A DNA stretch of 64,000 nt from Lytechinus pictus (taxonomy: Eukaryota): assembly GCF_037042905.1 (NCBI RefSeq), contig NC_087245.1, positions 13,952,001 through 14,016,000 on the forward strand, given 5' to 3'. The notes under the pieces are model-generated. The model was given only the letters and a program-made list of their open reading frames with translations. It was not told where the DNA came from and did no database searches. How positions within the stretch are numbered: the stretch's first letter is position 1; every line of letters starts with the position of its first letter. Of the stretch, positions 38,199 to 52,143 are shown piece by piece. Both the position numbers and the translations under genes were made by a program.

Positions 38199-38579
38199 TA
38201 CCCCTTTCATAAACCCAATTATGCGGCTAATAGCAGCATAATTTGGTCGTAAAATCGGAGGAGGACCAGAGTTATCCGCATTATTTTGATGCTGCAATTA
38301 TCCGCATAATAGCGGCATCGGGACCAGATTTTGACTTTATGAACGCATTCTCAAATAATGCGGATAATTGCCATGGTGCGGTCACAAGGTCACCCTTTTC
38401 CAACACAACCGCATCGGAGGGGGCGTGTGCAGTTGTCATGACGATTATCCGCCTTTTTCCAGGACGGGCGCTCGTAAAAATAGTGCGGATTATTTTCGGA
38501 GTTTGTGAACGCAATTTTTATTGAATTATCCTCATTACTCTTAGGCGGCTAATTGGAGGAAGGGTTTATGAAAGGGGTA
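38199..38579. mobile_element. PIF/Harbinger-like MITE with TTA TSD
   Basis: tta|tacccctttcataaaccc ... gggtttatgaaaggggta|tta. Confidence 0.85.
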
Positions 38580-38653
38580 TTAGATTGATGTTTGTATAAG
38601 TTTATGCATGTTATAGATCTGCTTGTACGCAGTACGAAAGGGAGGACTATCTT

Positions 38654-38992
38654 TACCCCTTTCATAAACCCAATTATGCGTCTAATAGCAGCATAATTTG
38701 GTCGTAAAATCGGAGGAGGGCCAGAGTTATCCGCATAATAGCGGCATCGGGACCAGATTTTGACTTTATGAACGCATTCCTCCGCATAATTGCCATGGTG
38801 CGGTCACAAGATCACCCTTTTCCAACACAACCGCATCGGAGGGGGTGTGTGCGGTTGCCATGACGATTATCCGCCTTTTTCCAGGACGGGCGCTCGTAAA
38901 AACAGTGCGGATTATTTTCGGAGTTTGTGAACGCAATTTTTATTGAATTATCCGCATTACTCTTAGGCGGCTAATTGGAGGATGGGTTTATG
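38654..38992. mobile_element. Second copy of the same MITE, with internal deletions and a damaged right end
   Basis: Same orientation and near-identical sequence to 38199-38579. Confidence 0.8.
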
Positions 38993-41900
38993 ATAGAGGC
39001 CCCCCAGAGGCCATTCACAGAAAGTAGAGAAGCAGTAATCAAGGCTTGATGTAAGGAAGTCCCTTTTGGAATAGAGTAATACGTTCTTCGCACCGTCTAC
39101 CAGAAAATATGGTTTCACCACCTTCTGTAAATTCTTTTAATAATCGGCTTGATAATCACTGGAAGGATATTGCGCTGTACGACTTTGAGTAATGGATTTT
39201 CGGTTTTGCCACATGAAACTAATTGAAACTGATAACGTGGAGCATACAGTTTATTCCTTTGGACCGATGAACAGGCATAGTCCTTCAAGGATCGTTGGAT
39301 TGAAGTAAATTAAGTAAAGTAAAGTAGACATTCTACACACAGTGTGTGGAGAAGCGTGCTCAAAATGTGCAAACATCGCTTCCTGAAGAACGATTGTATG
39401 TGTCCTCACTTTCGCTTTTACCAGAGTTTAGCGTGGCAAAGCGATCTTGAAACATACATCGCGGGGTGTTTTTCCGAACCGGTTTGCAAGATCGCTTCCA
39501 AGACCACTTCGAGCGTTCTCATTACACATTTCCACTGAACTAGTTTCCAGTAGTTTTATGAAACCGTAATGAGAACAGTTTTTTACATATCCTGCAATGA
39601 CGTGCAACTGTCATACAATTTTCGTACTGATTCATGATGGTATATATAATTATCTATATGCAATTTCGAAATTGTAAGATCGTAACCCGTGCATAGTAGA
39701 GGCATTGTACGATCAGCGCAGGGACATCGTACGATTAACGAAAGGGCACGATACGGTTAATCCTACATGTATGCTCAGTGCAGGATGATCGTATGATCAG
39801 TGCAGGGACATTATACGATGGCTTGTGATGACAGTCTGCGTTTGTGGAGCGGGGTGGAGTGGGAATTGTCACATCCTTTTGAAACAACCCGGAGGGGGGG
39901 GTAGCTTTTCTCGAAAATGTGGTTTGAGGGAGAGGAGTCAACGCACTCTTTCGAGACAACGGAGCGGGGGTAGACCTTTAACTGAAGGCTTTGTCAATTC
40001 TATGCGCCATTATTAAGAGACTACTAAAAAGATGGACAACCAATCACAATGGAATAATGTTTAAGCATTTATTCAACATACTCACGCAACGCAAGCTGCC
40101 GGCCGGAAGGGGCGAATACCCCGATTAACTATTACAGCAAACTGTAAAACCTAGGCCGCAAGTGGGCGGCATACAACATAACGCCATGGCGCAACCACTT
40201 TTTCTTCCTTCATTCTTTTTCCATATAAGGATAAAACCCTAAGCAACATAATCTAATTCAATACACATTTATATATATATAAAAAAAAGGGGTGCAAAAC
40301 AATCCAACCTGCTAAGTCATTATCCTAAACTATATAAGCAAACTGGTTTATGGAAGTTGCAACTGACAGTAAGTAATATGTTAGTCAACAACAACTATGC
40401 TCGATAAAAGTTTTCAAAAGGGGAAGGCACCTTAGTATACTTTGTGACAAATGTAACTCCTAATACATAGTATATGATCTAGGCTAATAGAAGTAAGTCA
40501 CCACTAAAATCAATTACACAGAAAACACTCTATAACAAGGAAATAGTCATAAAATCTTAAAACTACAAAATCTATCTGAAATCCTGTGTATCCATATCAA
40601 ACTCACAGCCTGTCTTATTTGTTCCCCTAAACCCAAAACAACTTTATACAAGCAACCTTGAGGGTATAAGGACATACATGTACTGCATAAGCATCACATA
40701 CATAAATACAGCGTCCGACAGTGCCACACTACACAAATATACTTGTGTGACTAGTGGGCATTTTAAAATGTTTTGCATAAGCACTATGACTAATAGTCAT
40801 CCTAAACAAAATAATGTAGAAAGCAATATAGCAAAACCATCAAAATAAATCAATACGCACAAAATATGCTACATTCCAAAATCTGGCTGAGCAAAAATCA
40901 GTGTAAGGCATTAGCCTTCGTGTGCAATAATGCAACCAACACTACGTGATGGGAAGTAACATACAACAACCAAATATTTATATCAATAAAAGGGAAATCA
41001 ACAATCAAAATACAATATCTTAATATAAAATACTGCATAAAGAACTAAAATCATTGGCTCTAATTTTTTCCGAAAAAAAATACATCCCAGTTATATGTAA
41101 AGGTAAAATTAGACACATAAACATGTCATATAACGAAATCTGAACAAATAAGTAACTTTTACATTATCCATCTCCTATCCCGTAAAAGCCTGTATAATAA
41201 AAAAATTAATACATGTATATAAAGCAACAAAAGCAAATATTTTTATAACACCCATCTGCTGTTCTGTACAAGCCTGCAACATGAATATAAAAACAAAAAA
41301 CTTTTAGCAACTTGATAATATAACACTAACAGGACATGGATAAAGAAACAAATGAGTTTGATTCATTTATGCATATAAAAGAAAGTAAATAAAAAGTATG
41401 ACAAAAGGGGGACTCAACAAATCCAGTAATGTAGGGCACAGATGTATCAGAAAACAATGACTAACACTCCAATACCCGTGTTCATAGAAATATATTACAA
41501 AATACATTAAATACCATCACATCCTGCAAAAAGTAATATAAATAACAACAAAGTGTAATAATAAAGTGTTCAATAAGGCTGATCTGTTGCATGTAGGATT
41601 GTATACGCACTCATCTAAACCAACATGCACAACCACAAATGCATATAAACCCAAACAGCAAAAATTACAAGCATGATTCCCAATATCACTCTCCTTGCTT
41701 TGTTATGTAAATGACGAATTTAGGGACGCAATCTCCACATACATCAAAGTCAAACCATACACAACACTCACCAATCTAGTAGTGAATCAACACAAAACCT
41801 GTAAAGAAAAAAATAAATGGCAAAAGTACAATTGTCCTTCACTAGCATCGGAAGCATACACAAACTTTAATGATGAAAAAGTATAAAATTATTACATAAT

Positions 41901-42054
41901 AAAACATCAACTAACAAAAGGCAAAATAAGGTAAAGCAATCGATGTCCATCCAACATCAACATCTGCAAATAAAAATGTCAAGCCAGCAATGCAGTTTTT
42001 CATACTATCAACGTCGTCAAGGAAAGCAGTTAGGGCCAAAGGTGAAGGTAGGAC

Positions 42055-44465
42055 TCACAAGCTCAGAGGCATAAAGTTAATGTCCGGCGGGCGGCCCGAA
42101 TGGAGTCCCAAGAATAAGCTAGTGAAGTGGCCCAGACGAAGCATTGCGATAGGCCGCCTGTCGGAGATGGGTGACGCCAAGAAATGTAAATGACGACAAG
42201 ATGTACCAGGAGACTTGACAGAAAAGAAGTAAAAAACGTCCATAGTGGAGACAGCATCAAATCCACCGGGAGCACCTGGCGGGGGGCCAGGAGGCTCACT
42301 TGGGGAGATAGTACGCACTCTGTTTCGTCTACCGAGAGCACCTGGCGGGGGGCCAGGAGGATCCTCAACCTGCACTGTATGCGGGACGTCATCAGGGCCA
42401 CTGAGTAGGGAGTAAACTGTGGCCTCAACATCAGCTCTGAAATTCTCTTCGTCAACAATTAATCTGGTAGCTGGAGAATTCTCATCAAGACATCGGCTAA
42501 CATCAGACGAAGGAAGACGGACAAGTGGGTCAGACAGCTGGAGAGGGATGGACAACGCTCTACTGGCAGAATCTGGAGGGCGACCAGGAGGGTCCTCCGA
42601 TTTGGAGGGGAGTGGCAACGCTAACGACGTGGAGTTCAAGCGAGCTGTCTGCGAGCTGGTAAGTAGTGTCTATGGTAGGCTGGCAACTGTCTGGTGAATG
42701 CTCGTTAGCAAGATGAGCAGCACTATTGCAGTCGGCATTGACGTCAATAAGCATGGTGCTGGATACATGTGGGCTAGAAGTAGAGGCTAGTCCAAGCTGC
42801 CTGGGCTGACATGTAGCATCAGGGTCAAGATGTCGGGTGGGCTGGTCCACGGACAAGTTGTCTGCACCAAGTGATTGAGTTGGTGCAGATCTTTCGCTGT
42901 CAAACGAGCAAGATGAGACATTTGCGCGGACGCTGAGCGGCACCGGAGGCGATCTGTCTAACTTAGCGGAGACGAGTGCAACACAGTTTTTACTGTCTGC
43001 GCATGCGGTACGCTCGGGACCATAGGTATACGAGGGTCCATCACCGAGTATGATACAGTGTCTGGCAGGACGGATAGTGATATCGTGACGTGCAATGAAC
43101 GGAATGCCAGCGTGTATTGTTACATATGAGGAGTCTATAACAAAGCCTTCAAAGAGAAAGACCTGGTCTTCTCTTGTGAAAGTGAGAGATGTGGTCCCAA
43201 CAATATTACCAGGAAAGGACGGTTTTTGTGTAACAGAACAAGATGTGTCCAGTATAAGACCTCCAAGATTTCTAACAAGTGAGGAACAGATAAGATTCAC
43301 TGAGGAACCACTAACCAGGAATACTCGGACACACTTTGAGCCATGGAAAACATCAACGTGTGGAGACGTAGCCTTACTAGGTAACTCAGAGAATCTGGCC
43401 ACAGGAGACTGTGGCGGAAGATCACAAACCCTGTTGTGGACATCATCTAACTCTGATGAGCCACTCGCATCACTGCAGAAATCTTCTCCCTGAATCTGTG
43501 GTGACCTGCCTAACTCATGTAGGTCCTCGAAGCAACCAAAAGTACCAAGCAGGGGTTCTAAAGAAACCCTAGCAGTCAAGTTTGGACTTGAACCTAAAGC
43601 ACTACCAAGATCGTAACAATCTTCAACAATGTCATCATCCGATAAGTCACTGTCAGTGTCAAACTCAGAATACTTGAGATCATGATCAAGACTATCATAA
43701 GTACTCGAGCTACGTGATTGGTCTGAACAATAGCGTATCGACATTGCCCGGCGAGCGCATGCAATCATTCTTTGTTCATGTTCCGGCAGAAACGGACAAT
43801 CGCTAATATGATGTTGGAAATCAGAACGACTAGCTGCATGCAAGGCATAAAGGGCAACACCTATGGCTAATTCTATCATCACATTTACAATCAGGTTTAC
43901 TAGAGCCAAAAGTAATTGCGCTACTAGAAGATCTGTGTGAACTAACATGGCTAGTTATGGTAGTGTGCATGGCCCTTATTGTCTGGGGATGAGGTTCGTG
44001 TGGATCCCCGATTGGATTGTCATCAAAATCATCATACAAATCATCATCATTATAACCGATACTTGAATCACTCTCGGTCACATATCCATTCATCTCATTT
44101 CCATTAATTTGAATTGACTCGAACTCTATATCAGATTTATCAGGGCTGCAAGCTCTAGGTCTACTTGAACTGACATGACTAGATATGGTAGCATGCATTA
44201 CCCTTATCTTCTGGGGATGAGGTTGGTATGGAGCCCCCATTAAACTACCATCATCAAAATCATCATCATCAAGACTGACACTCAAATTACTCTCGGTCAC
44301 ATATTCATTTCCATTGATTTGAATTGACTCTAACTCTTGATTATAATAAGGACCATCAATATAAGAATGATCAAAATGTAACTGTTGATTAAAACGCCCT
44401 CTATCTTGGGCCTGCTGGAGACGAGGTTGTGACCTCCGCCTCGGAAAGGGACAGGGAAAAGCCAT
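42055..44465 (-). pseudogene. Frameshifted gag C-terminus/zinc-knuckle plus retropepsin-like ORF
   Basis: CPLC...SRSDFQHHISDCPFLP knuckle split across frames. VRVFLVSGSSVNLI is a degenerate LDSG aspartic-protease motif, followed by IHAGIPFIARHDITI. Confidence 0.7.
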
Positions 44466-44607
44466 CGATATGGGCTATAAGTGGGACTACGGCAGTGCGA
44501 GCAAACAAACGGTTTAAACCACCTATCACGACAACGGATTTGTCGACCGACTGGCTGCAAGAAAACGCATAAAGTCCATCGCAAAATAAATCAATGGTGA
44601 GTACGAA

Positions 44608-44625
44608 ATTCCGTAGCTGCCACCA
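44608..44625 (-). promoter_or_regulatory. Primer-binding-site-like sequence (TGGTGGCAGC..., tRNA-Leu type)
   Basis: Abuts the LTR on the minus strand and begins with TGG, complementary to tRNA CCA. Confidence 0.6.
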
Positions 44626-44744
44626 CGCCATTATTAAGAGACTACTAAAAAGATGGACAACCAATCACAATGGAATAATGTTTAAGCATTTATTCAACAT
44701 ACTCACGCAACGCAAGCTGCCGGCCGGAAGGGGCGAATACCCCG

Positions 44745-44901
44745 GGGAGTGTTTCATCAACATTTTTGTCCGACAAGTTGTCAGATCTGATATCTTTCTC
44801 TGATGTTGATTGGCTGAGAGGTACTGTTACTATGGTAACTGTCGGATAAAATGGGACTTGTCGGATAAAACGTCCGACAAGTCCTTTCATGAAACGCCCC
44901 C
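44745..44901. mobile_element. Harbinger-like MITE inserted in the 5' LTR
   Basis: Absent from the other LTR. TIRs gggagtgtttcat / atgaaacgcccc; imperfect 3-bp TSD ccg/ctg. Confidence 0.8.
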
Positions 44902-45084
44902 CTGATTAACTATTACAGCAAACTGTAAAACCTAGGCCGCAAGTGGGCGGCATACAACATAACGCCATGGCGATGAGTGTTTATCGGGGGCACAGATTCC
45001 GTGTCATGGGTTTGGTTGTGAAATATAAAGCTCTCTGTTTTTGGTTCTGTTTCAACAATACCCCAATCTAATCCACTCATGCAG

Positions 45085-45277
45085 GAGAGTATGAACTGCA
45101 CCTCCTGAAGCAGCTTTCATCCAGGTTTCCTCGAATCAAGCATGTAGTCATCGAACCATCTCATGAATTCATCCAGGAATACCAGACCGAAGCAGCAACG
45201 GCTTCTTTTAATGGTTCCATTGATTTTGAATGGTATGAGGGTACCTTTCAGGGGTACAAAGAAAAGACACTTGATAG
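45085..45277 (+). CDS. HNMT-like copy B, coding exon 2
   Basis: Nearly identical to 6226-6418 (4 substitutions seen by eye), with AG/GT boundaries. Confidence 0.85.
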
Positions 45278-45962
45278 GTGAGGATTGATGGGTATATTCA
45301 ATCATTAGTATAATAATGTACATTCATTATGCTTTAGAGTCCTATAAATCAGTAGATTTGTACCGCACTTGACCCAGGTCAGGTATGGATACACCGGAAA
45401 GATCCTTTGAATGGCTTGAGCTCAAGCCCTGAGAAAGTCTTAGTACTACAATTGGTAGTACCAAGATTTTGAAAGTATTTCTAGAAGATATTAATGGAGA
45501 AAAGATTACTAACCTACAAGAGTGTTTGATATATATTTCTGTTTTTCAACAAGAACCAGAAATTTCCGTCATTAGTAAGCTCCTACTTTCTTACCTGATT
45601 AATCTGACACGCAAGGGCTGAAGAACATGCTTTATACATGTTATAAATTAACATTTTTTATGCGAGAATCAGATATTTCTACGCCAGGTTTTTAGAGAAT
45701 TTCAGCTCAGAAAAAAAGGACCGTAAATGTATCATTTCTATGGATTTTCTTGAACAGGAGCCTGTTGCATGATAGATTCATTTTAACGAAATTAAGAGAC
45801 AAAAAATCATACGCAAGTCCATAATGCTCACAAATGATAGTTCAGATCAAGTTACATTTGAATTTAAGTGTTGCATTTAATTTCAATACTTTTTTAACAT
45901 GCCACCTATAACGAATTCCAAGAAATTATTTTAATGCCCCTGTATATATCCCCTCATGACAG

Positions 45963-46093
45963 TGCCGATGGTAGATTCGACTTTATCAGCGCCATACACA
46001 GTTTGTATTACGCTGACAACGCAAGAGAGACAGTGAAATTACTCTACGACTGTCTTGCTCCTGGAGGTATGATGATGATTGACATGACTGATG
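45963..46093 (+). CDS. HNMT-like copy B, coding exon 3
   Basis: ADGRFDFISAIHSLYYADNARE...; paralog of 7795-7925. Confidence 0.85.
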
Positions 46094-46615
46094 GTAAGAT
46101 TCTATTAACAACTTTCTTATTATTACATTCGTTTTGATCAGTGATGGCTTCGGTGAACTGAACTGATCAATATAGGCCAAATTAGCTATTTGTCCTCTCC
46201 ATCCATCTGTTACACTGCATGCATGTAAAACAATAGTCTTGGATATCTTAAGAGTTTTCTTCTTACTTCTTGTTTTCCTTCTACTTCAATTTTATGCTGG
46301 CTGATCTCGAGTCATTTTTATGATTCTTAAAAACATTACGATGTAACGCATAGTTATGCATAATGTCTTCAATAAAGATCGAGGTGGCGCCAAGGGTGGC
46401 ATGATATTTTGTCTCAGAGTCTGACACCCCAAACTTCTCTTTGAATATTTTTTGTTTGTTTTTTGTTCTTCTGATTTCCATAGATGTAGTTAAAAAATAA
46501 TGGGGACTTTCACGCTTTCACCCTGTTGCTATCCTTATACGTTCTCTTATTTTAAGGTACTCGAACCCCCCCCCCCCCCACTCGTAGTCATTCGGCACTT
46601 TTTGTCATTCTGCAG

Positions 46616-47008
46616 ACAAGTCCAGTGGACAGGGGATGTTTGCAGATTTCCCAGAATTACAACAAATGTTCACCTCCAAAAATTGGATCTCCAACTCCGA
46701 TGTGACTGCCGCCCTTCAGGACATGAACATACCATTCTCTCGTCTTGTGAACCCAATTTTCTTTGACATTACTGACGTCTTCGATGAAACTTCGAGGGAG
46801 GGAAGCCTTTTGCTTGATTTTTTTCACACAAGTTTCCAACTTTCGCCAGACTGATAGTGTCCTGGTCAAGAGAGTTCTACAATTTTTAAAGATGAAGTCC
46901 AAGGAGCACATGACCACGGTCGAGGGAGCGGACAGCGGAGATAGCGATCGACTCAAACTAAAAAGAGTATGGGAAACTTTGATCATTGAAAAGCCACCTA
47001 AAAACTAG
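46616..47008 (+). pseudogene. HNMT-like copy B, final exon with a +1 frameshift (pseudogene or assembly error)
   Basis: T7 run at 46818-46824 versus T6 in copy A shifts the frame at LLDFF. The downstream frame still encodes VSNFRQT...WETLIIEKPPKN-stop. Confidence 0.7.
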
Positions 47009-48564
47009 AACACCTCATCAGTAATTTTGTTACGATACTTCTAGTCTTGCAAAAATGTGAAATGAATGTTTAAAAGGGCCAAAGATGGAGAAAAAAAATT
47101 GATACCCTGTGACAGCGGAACACAGACACGGTATCATTAGCGGCATCTTTCTGCCCGCCATTCGCAAGTTTGTAACTAAGCATTGGCCATGTTTCAAAAA
47201 GCTGTTCGTAAATTGAGCAATTCCATTTTTCTTTTTACAATTTGTGAAGTACAAATATAGTCAGGATAATTGTAAATGTGTCATTTTCTTGGATTCTTTG
47301 TTCACATGATTTTATACAGATATCGTCGATTATCTCAATTATCAAGCTTATGCAAGTGAATTACGTATATAAAGCACTATTTTAACAACTTATCATATTA
47401 CATTACATTGATTTAAACTTTCACACAAGCTCAAGTATATTTCTAAAGGGAATCGATGTGATTAAACATGTGTAATTATATACATTAATTTGTGGTACGC
47501 GAATGAGGAAGTAATTAGGCCTACTATATCACAAAGTCACAATTTCTTTTTGTGTTCTATCATATCCCCAAAAGATTATTTCGATTCTGGTTCCAAAACT
47601 GTCAAACATTTCGACTTCTCTTTGAACGCATAAAACTTTTTGTAGTTTCATTGTAGTTTTTGTATTACACTCTTTTTTGTTAAATTTGCATGCATTGGTA
47701 TATATGGTGTGTGACTTATCCGGCTCCCTATTTAGCATTCTAGTTTGACAATGTTATGATGGTCTTCTGAAAATGTGCATGCTTATCTCAAAATGTTGTA
47801 AACACTTCCATTTTATATCCGTATTGCAAAACTTTTTTTCTTTATCTCTTCAAATCAACTTGATAACCATGTTTCGGGGTACCTGGCATTGACAGAGTGG
47901 ATTCCATATTAATCTTCAGCTTTAAGTATGTTATTTTTACACTCTTTTTCTTATATCAAGATTGAACTTGGCCTTTAAACCTTATGTAGTTCTGTATGGT
48001 AAAAGAAAGCCAAAGGATGAAACAATGCCGTCTTTGTAAAGAATTGCAAAGAAAATGTATTTTTACTGTGTCTATTTTTTAATCAAATACAGTTTATGTT
48101 GTTAACATATTTTTAAAAGTAAAGTAAAAAATTAATGTAGGGGTTACTATATGGTAAAGAGCAGGACGAGATATATTTCATCATTTATTTTACAAGTGTT
48201 CGTTAATCAAGTAATATTTTTTTCAAGGTAGAACGCTTAAACCATATGAGATAAAAATTATATATCTCATCTACCATGAGTTTGTCAAGTTCGACATTAA
48301 ATGGTTTATAAAGAATAGTAGTATTACTGTTGTTGTTGTTGTTTTATATATAGCTTATACGGTACGTATCATTCAGTAGTGAATATTTGCGCCAGATAGT
48401 AGTACTGTTATTAGTCTCCTTTTCCATGTTATTTTGTGGTGGTAGGGGTACGGAAAAGACTCGATGAAAGAATATATTATTCTTCTTAATACAAAGAGCA
48501 TACTTGCAGAGATACTATTGCTCTCAAAGAACATCTTACAAATATTAATATACACTTAAAACTA

Positions 48565-48763
48565 CACTCTTAAAATGATGGGTAACATACTGTCCACACA
48601 ACAATTGGTTAACACTTTATCCAATTTTGGGCATAGTCTTAAAACAATATTGTGTGCTTTGGGTGAAAACTACACAGTATTGGTTGAAAACTACCCAAAG
48701 TTGGGTAATTTTTTTTAACCAATTGTTGTGTGGACAGTATGTTGCCCAACAATTTAAGAGTGT
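48565..48763. mobile_element. Palindromic MITE
   Basis: cactcttaaa...catactgtccacacaacaattggtt / aaccaattgttgtgtggacagtatg...tttaagagtg. Confidence 0.75.
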
Positions 48764-49211
48764 ATTCTTATAAAGATATATACGATGCATTAATTACCCT
48801 TTTAACTTATATGGCTGAGATAAGATGAAGTTATTATTCTCACAAAGAATGTACTTTTAAAGATATGGCATATTGATAGCTTCAACAAAGAGTATGCTTG
48901 CAAAGATTATGACACTAGGATTACTGAAAGGGAATTTTGAACTTGGATTTTTCTAATCCTTTCTTCAATAACTGAAGTACAATATACATAACTATCGAAA
49001 ACAAGAAAACAAACAATCAATGAGGACTCGCATTATCTGTTTAGTGAGATATGTATCCTCCTTATGAGTCACTACAAACAGTCCTAAACAGGTACCTGTG
49101 TCCCCTTTTCAGGTCAGTATACTAAAAAAATGTCAGCTCGCGCTACGCGCTCGGATTAATTTTGTTGGTGAGATATGTGTCTCTTTCTCATGGGTCATAT
49201 ATGTATGTATG

Positions 49212-49259
<48 letters not shown>

Positions 49260-49385
49260 CATTTTTTCGGCATCACCAATTTTTCCAAAAGGGTAGATAG
49301 CTCTGGGGAACCTTGATTTAAGCTACGCCTACCATTGTTCTCTTCATCCATTTCTTTCACACTATATATATATATATATTATATT

Positions 49386-50132
49386 CAGTGCGTCCCAGAA
49401 AAAAACGAAACCGAGATTAAGCGATGATTTATCATTACTTAATCACAAATACAATAGACAAATGACCTACCAATGTATAGCTTAGAATCTCCTCTTTCAT
49501 CTGATATTACTAAGATTATTCCATGTTCACGCACGAGTGAGCAAAAACAATTTGAAGAAAGGATACAAAAAACTCCTTTGGCGGGGGGTATCTGAATTTC
49601 AAAAAGAAAATCACATGCCTAAAAAGTTCAATATCTGCTCTTTTATTTGATACCTTAATCACAAAAAATGGTCAAGAAGTAAAAAAGTTATGTTCCCTCG
49701 AAACAATGCTTGTATTTCCATAATTTCATTAAATAAACGTGTTTTCACCGGTTTCCCACATGCTATCGCATGGTTGATCGTCAACAAACAGTGTCAAGTG
49801 AGTTTGAACGCTAGCCCGTAGAACCTCTTAATTTTATGAAATTCAAGCCTTATTTCAAATAACCAGAACTTTGTTAATTCTTGACCATTTTCTGTAATTG
49901 AGGTATCAAATTAAAGAGCAGATATTGAACTTTTTAAAAATGTGGTCTTCTTTTTGAAACCCAGATACAGCCCGCCAAATGACTTTTTGGTATCCCCTCT
50001 TCAAATTGTTTTTGCTCACTCATGAGTGAATGAGAAATAATCTAAGCAATTTCAGATGAAAGAGGAGATTCTAAGCTTTACAATGGTAGGTCATTTGTCT
50101 ATTGTATTTGTGATTAAGTTATGATAAGTCAT
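49386..50132. mobile_element. Tc1-like foldback MITE in (TA)n
   Basis: Begins cagtgcgtccc; 49430-49700 is mirrored by 49870-50130. Confidence 0.7.
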
Positions 50133-50214
50133 GCTATATAAATATATATAATGTGTGTGTGTGTGTGTGAGGGTGTGTGTGCTTTTTTTTAACAAGTGCA
50201 CACCAAGTTACCAA

Positions 50215-50352
50215 TAATGCATATATATAGCAGAATAAAATAGCATTGTTCATTAAATGCCTTGCGCACGGGCATAGGTGCCGCGGCCGGGGATCGAACC
50301 CCGGACTTTCTATGTATAGCCAGGCGCCTTAGACCACTCGGCCACGACACCT
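50215..50352 (-). mobile_element. tRNA-derived SINE 5' part
   Basis: Minus strand reads GTGGCCGAGTGGTCTAAGGCG...GGTTCGATCCCCGG, followed by a SINE body. Confidence 0.7.
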
Positions 50353-50646
50353 CCGTTTTGTGTGATCGATCGATCGCCTTTGGAACGTTGATTCATGATT
50401 TTGCCCCCCCCCCAATCTGAAAAAAGGATCGACGCCCCTGCCTCATTGTCATGTGAAAGTACATTCATCCCTGAATACGTGGAGTTACCATCGTTATAAC
50501 ATCTTGTGGTTCACTCAAGTTGTCCATTATTGTGGAATCTGTAAAATTTGAAATAATGTATAATAAAAAAAAAAGAAAAAAAAGAAATACACTGTAGTTA
50601 GTGAGGGTCATCACATTGCATATCAACGAGATGTGCGAATTTCTGT

Positions 50647-51874
<1,228 letters not shown>

Positions 51875-52143
51875 CTCTTCGATGAATTTAATATGTTTGG
51901 TTGTATTGCAATCAGTTATCACAGAAAAAGTGAGTAAGATACTAAGATTGTGAGTAGGCTAGGCTTTTGTGACTAATCAGAAAGATCTCTTGAACAGCGC
52001 CATCTATAGGTTCAGTAAATATAACCCTGCATTGATGGCTGAACAGTGTTATTGATGGTAATCGTTGTTTCAGTTTCTCCAGCGAAGATGATCGTCTGGA
52101 AATCTTGATTTGGGATGTATTTATGGACTAAAATCATTACATT

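Larger units (their letters stand above)
37300..39326 (+). mobile_element. Degenerate 5'-truncated CR1-type LINE, interrupted by two MITEs
   Basis: RT remnants DFMKTFDTVPH, SGIPQVSVLGP, ERDLGVQVD, RPLLEYG, LENVQRRAT; ends in an (AAGTA)n-like tail near 39303-39326. Confidence 0.85.
40005..44972 (-). mobile_element. Non-autonomous LTR retroelement (gag/zinc-knuckle plus protease-like, no RT/IN) in intron 1 of copy B
   Basis: 187-bp direct repeats at 40005-40191 and 44626-44972 (the latter contains a MITE). Primer-binding-site (PBS)-like TGGTGGCAGC directly follows the 5' LTR on the minus strand, and a purine tract precedes the 3' LTR (~40192-40222). Confidence 0.82.
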
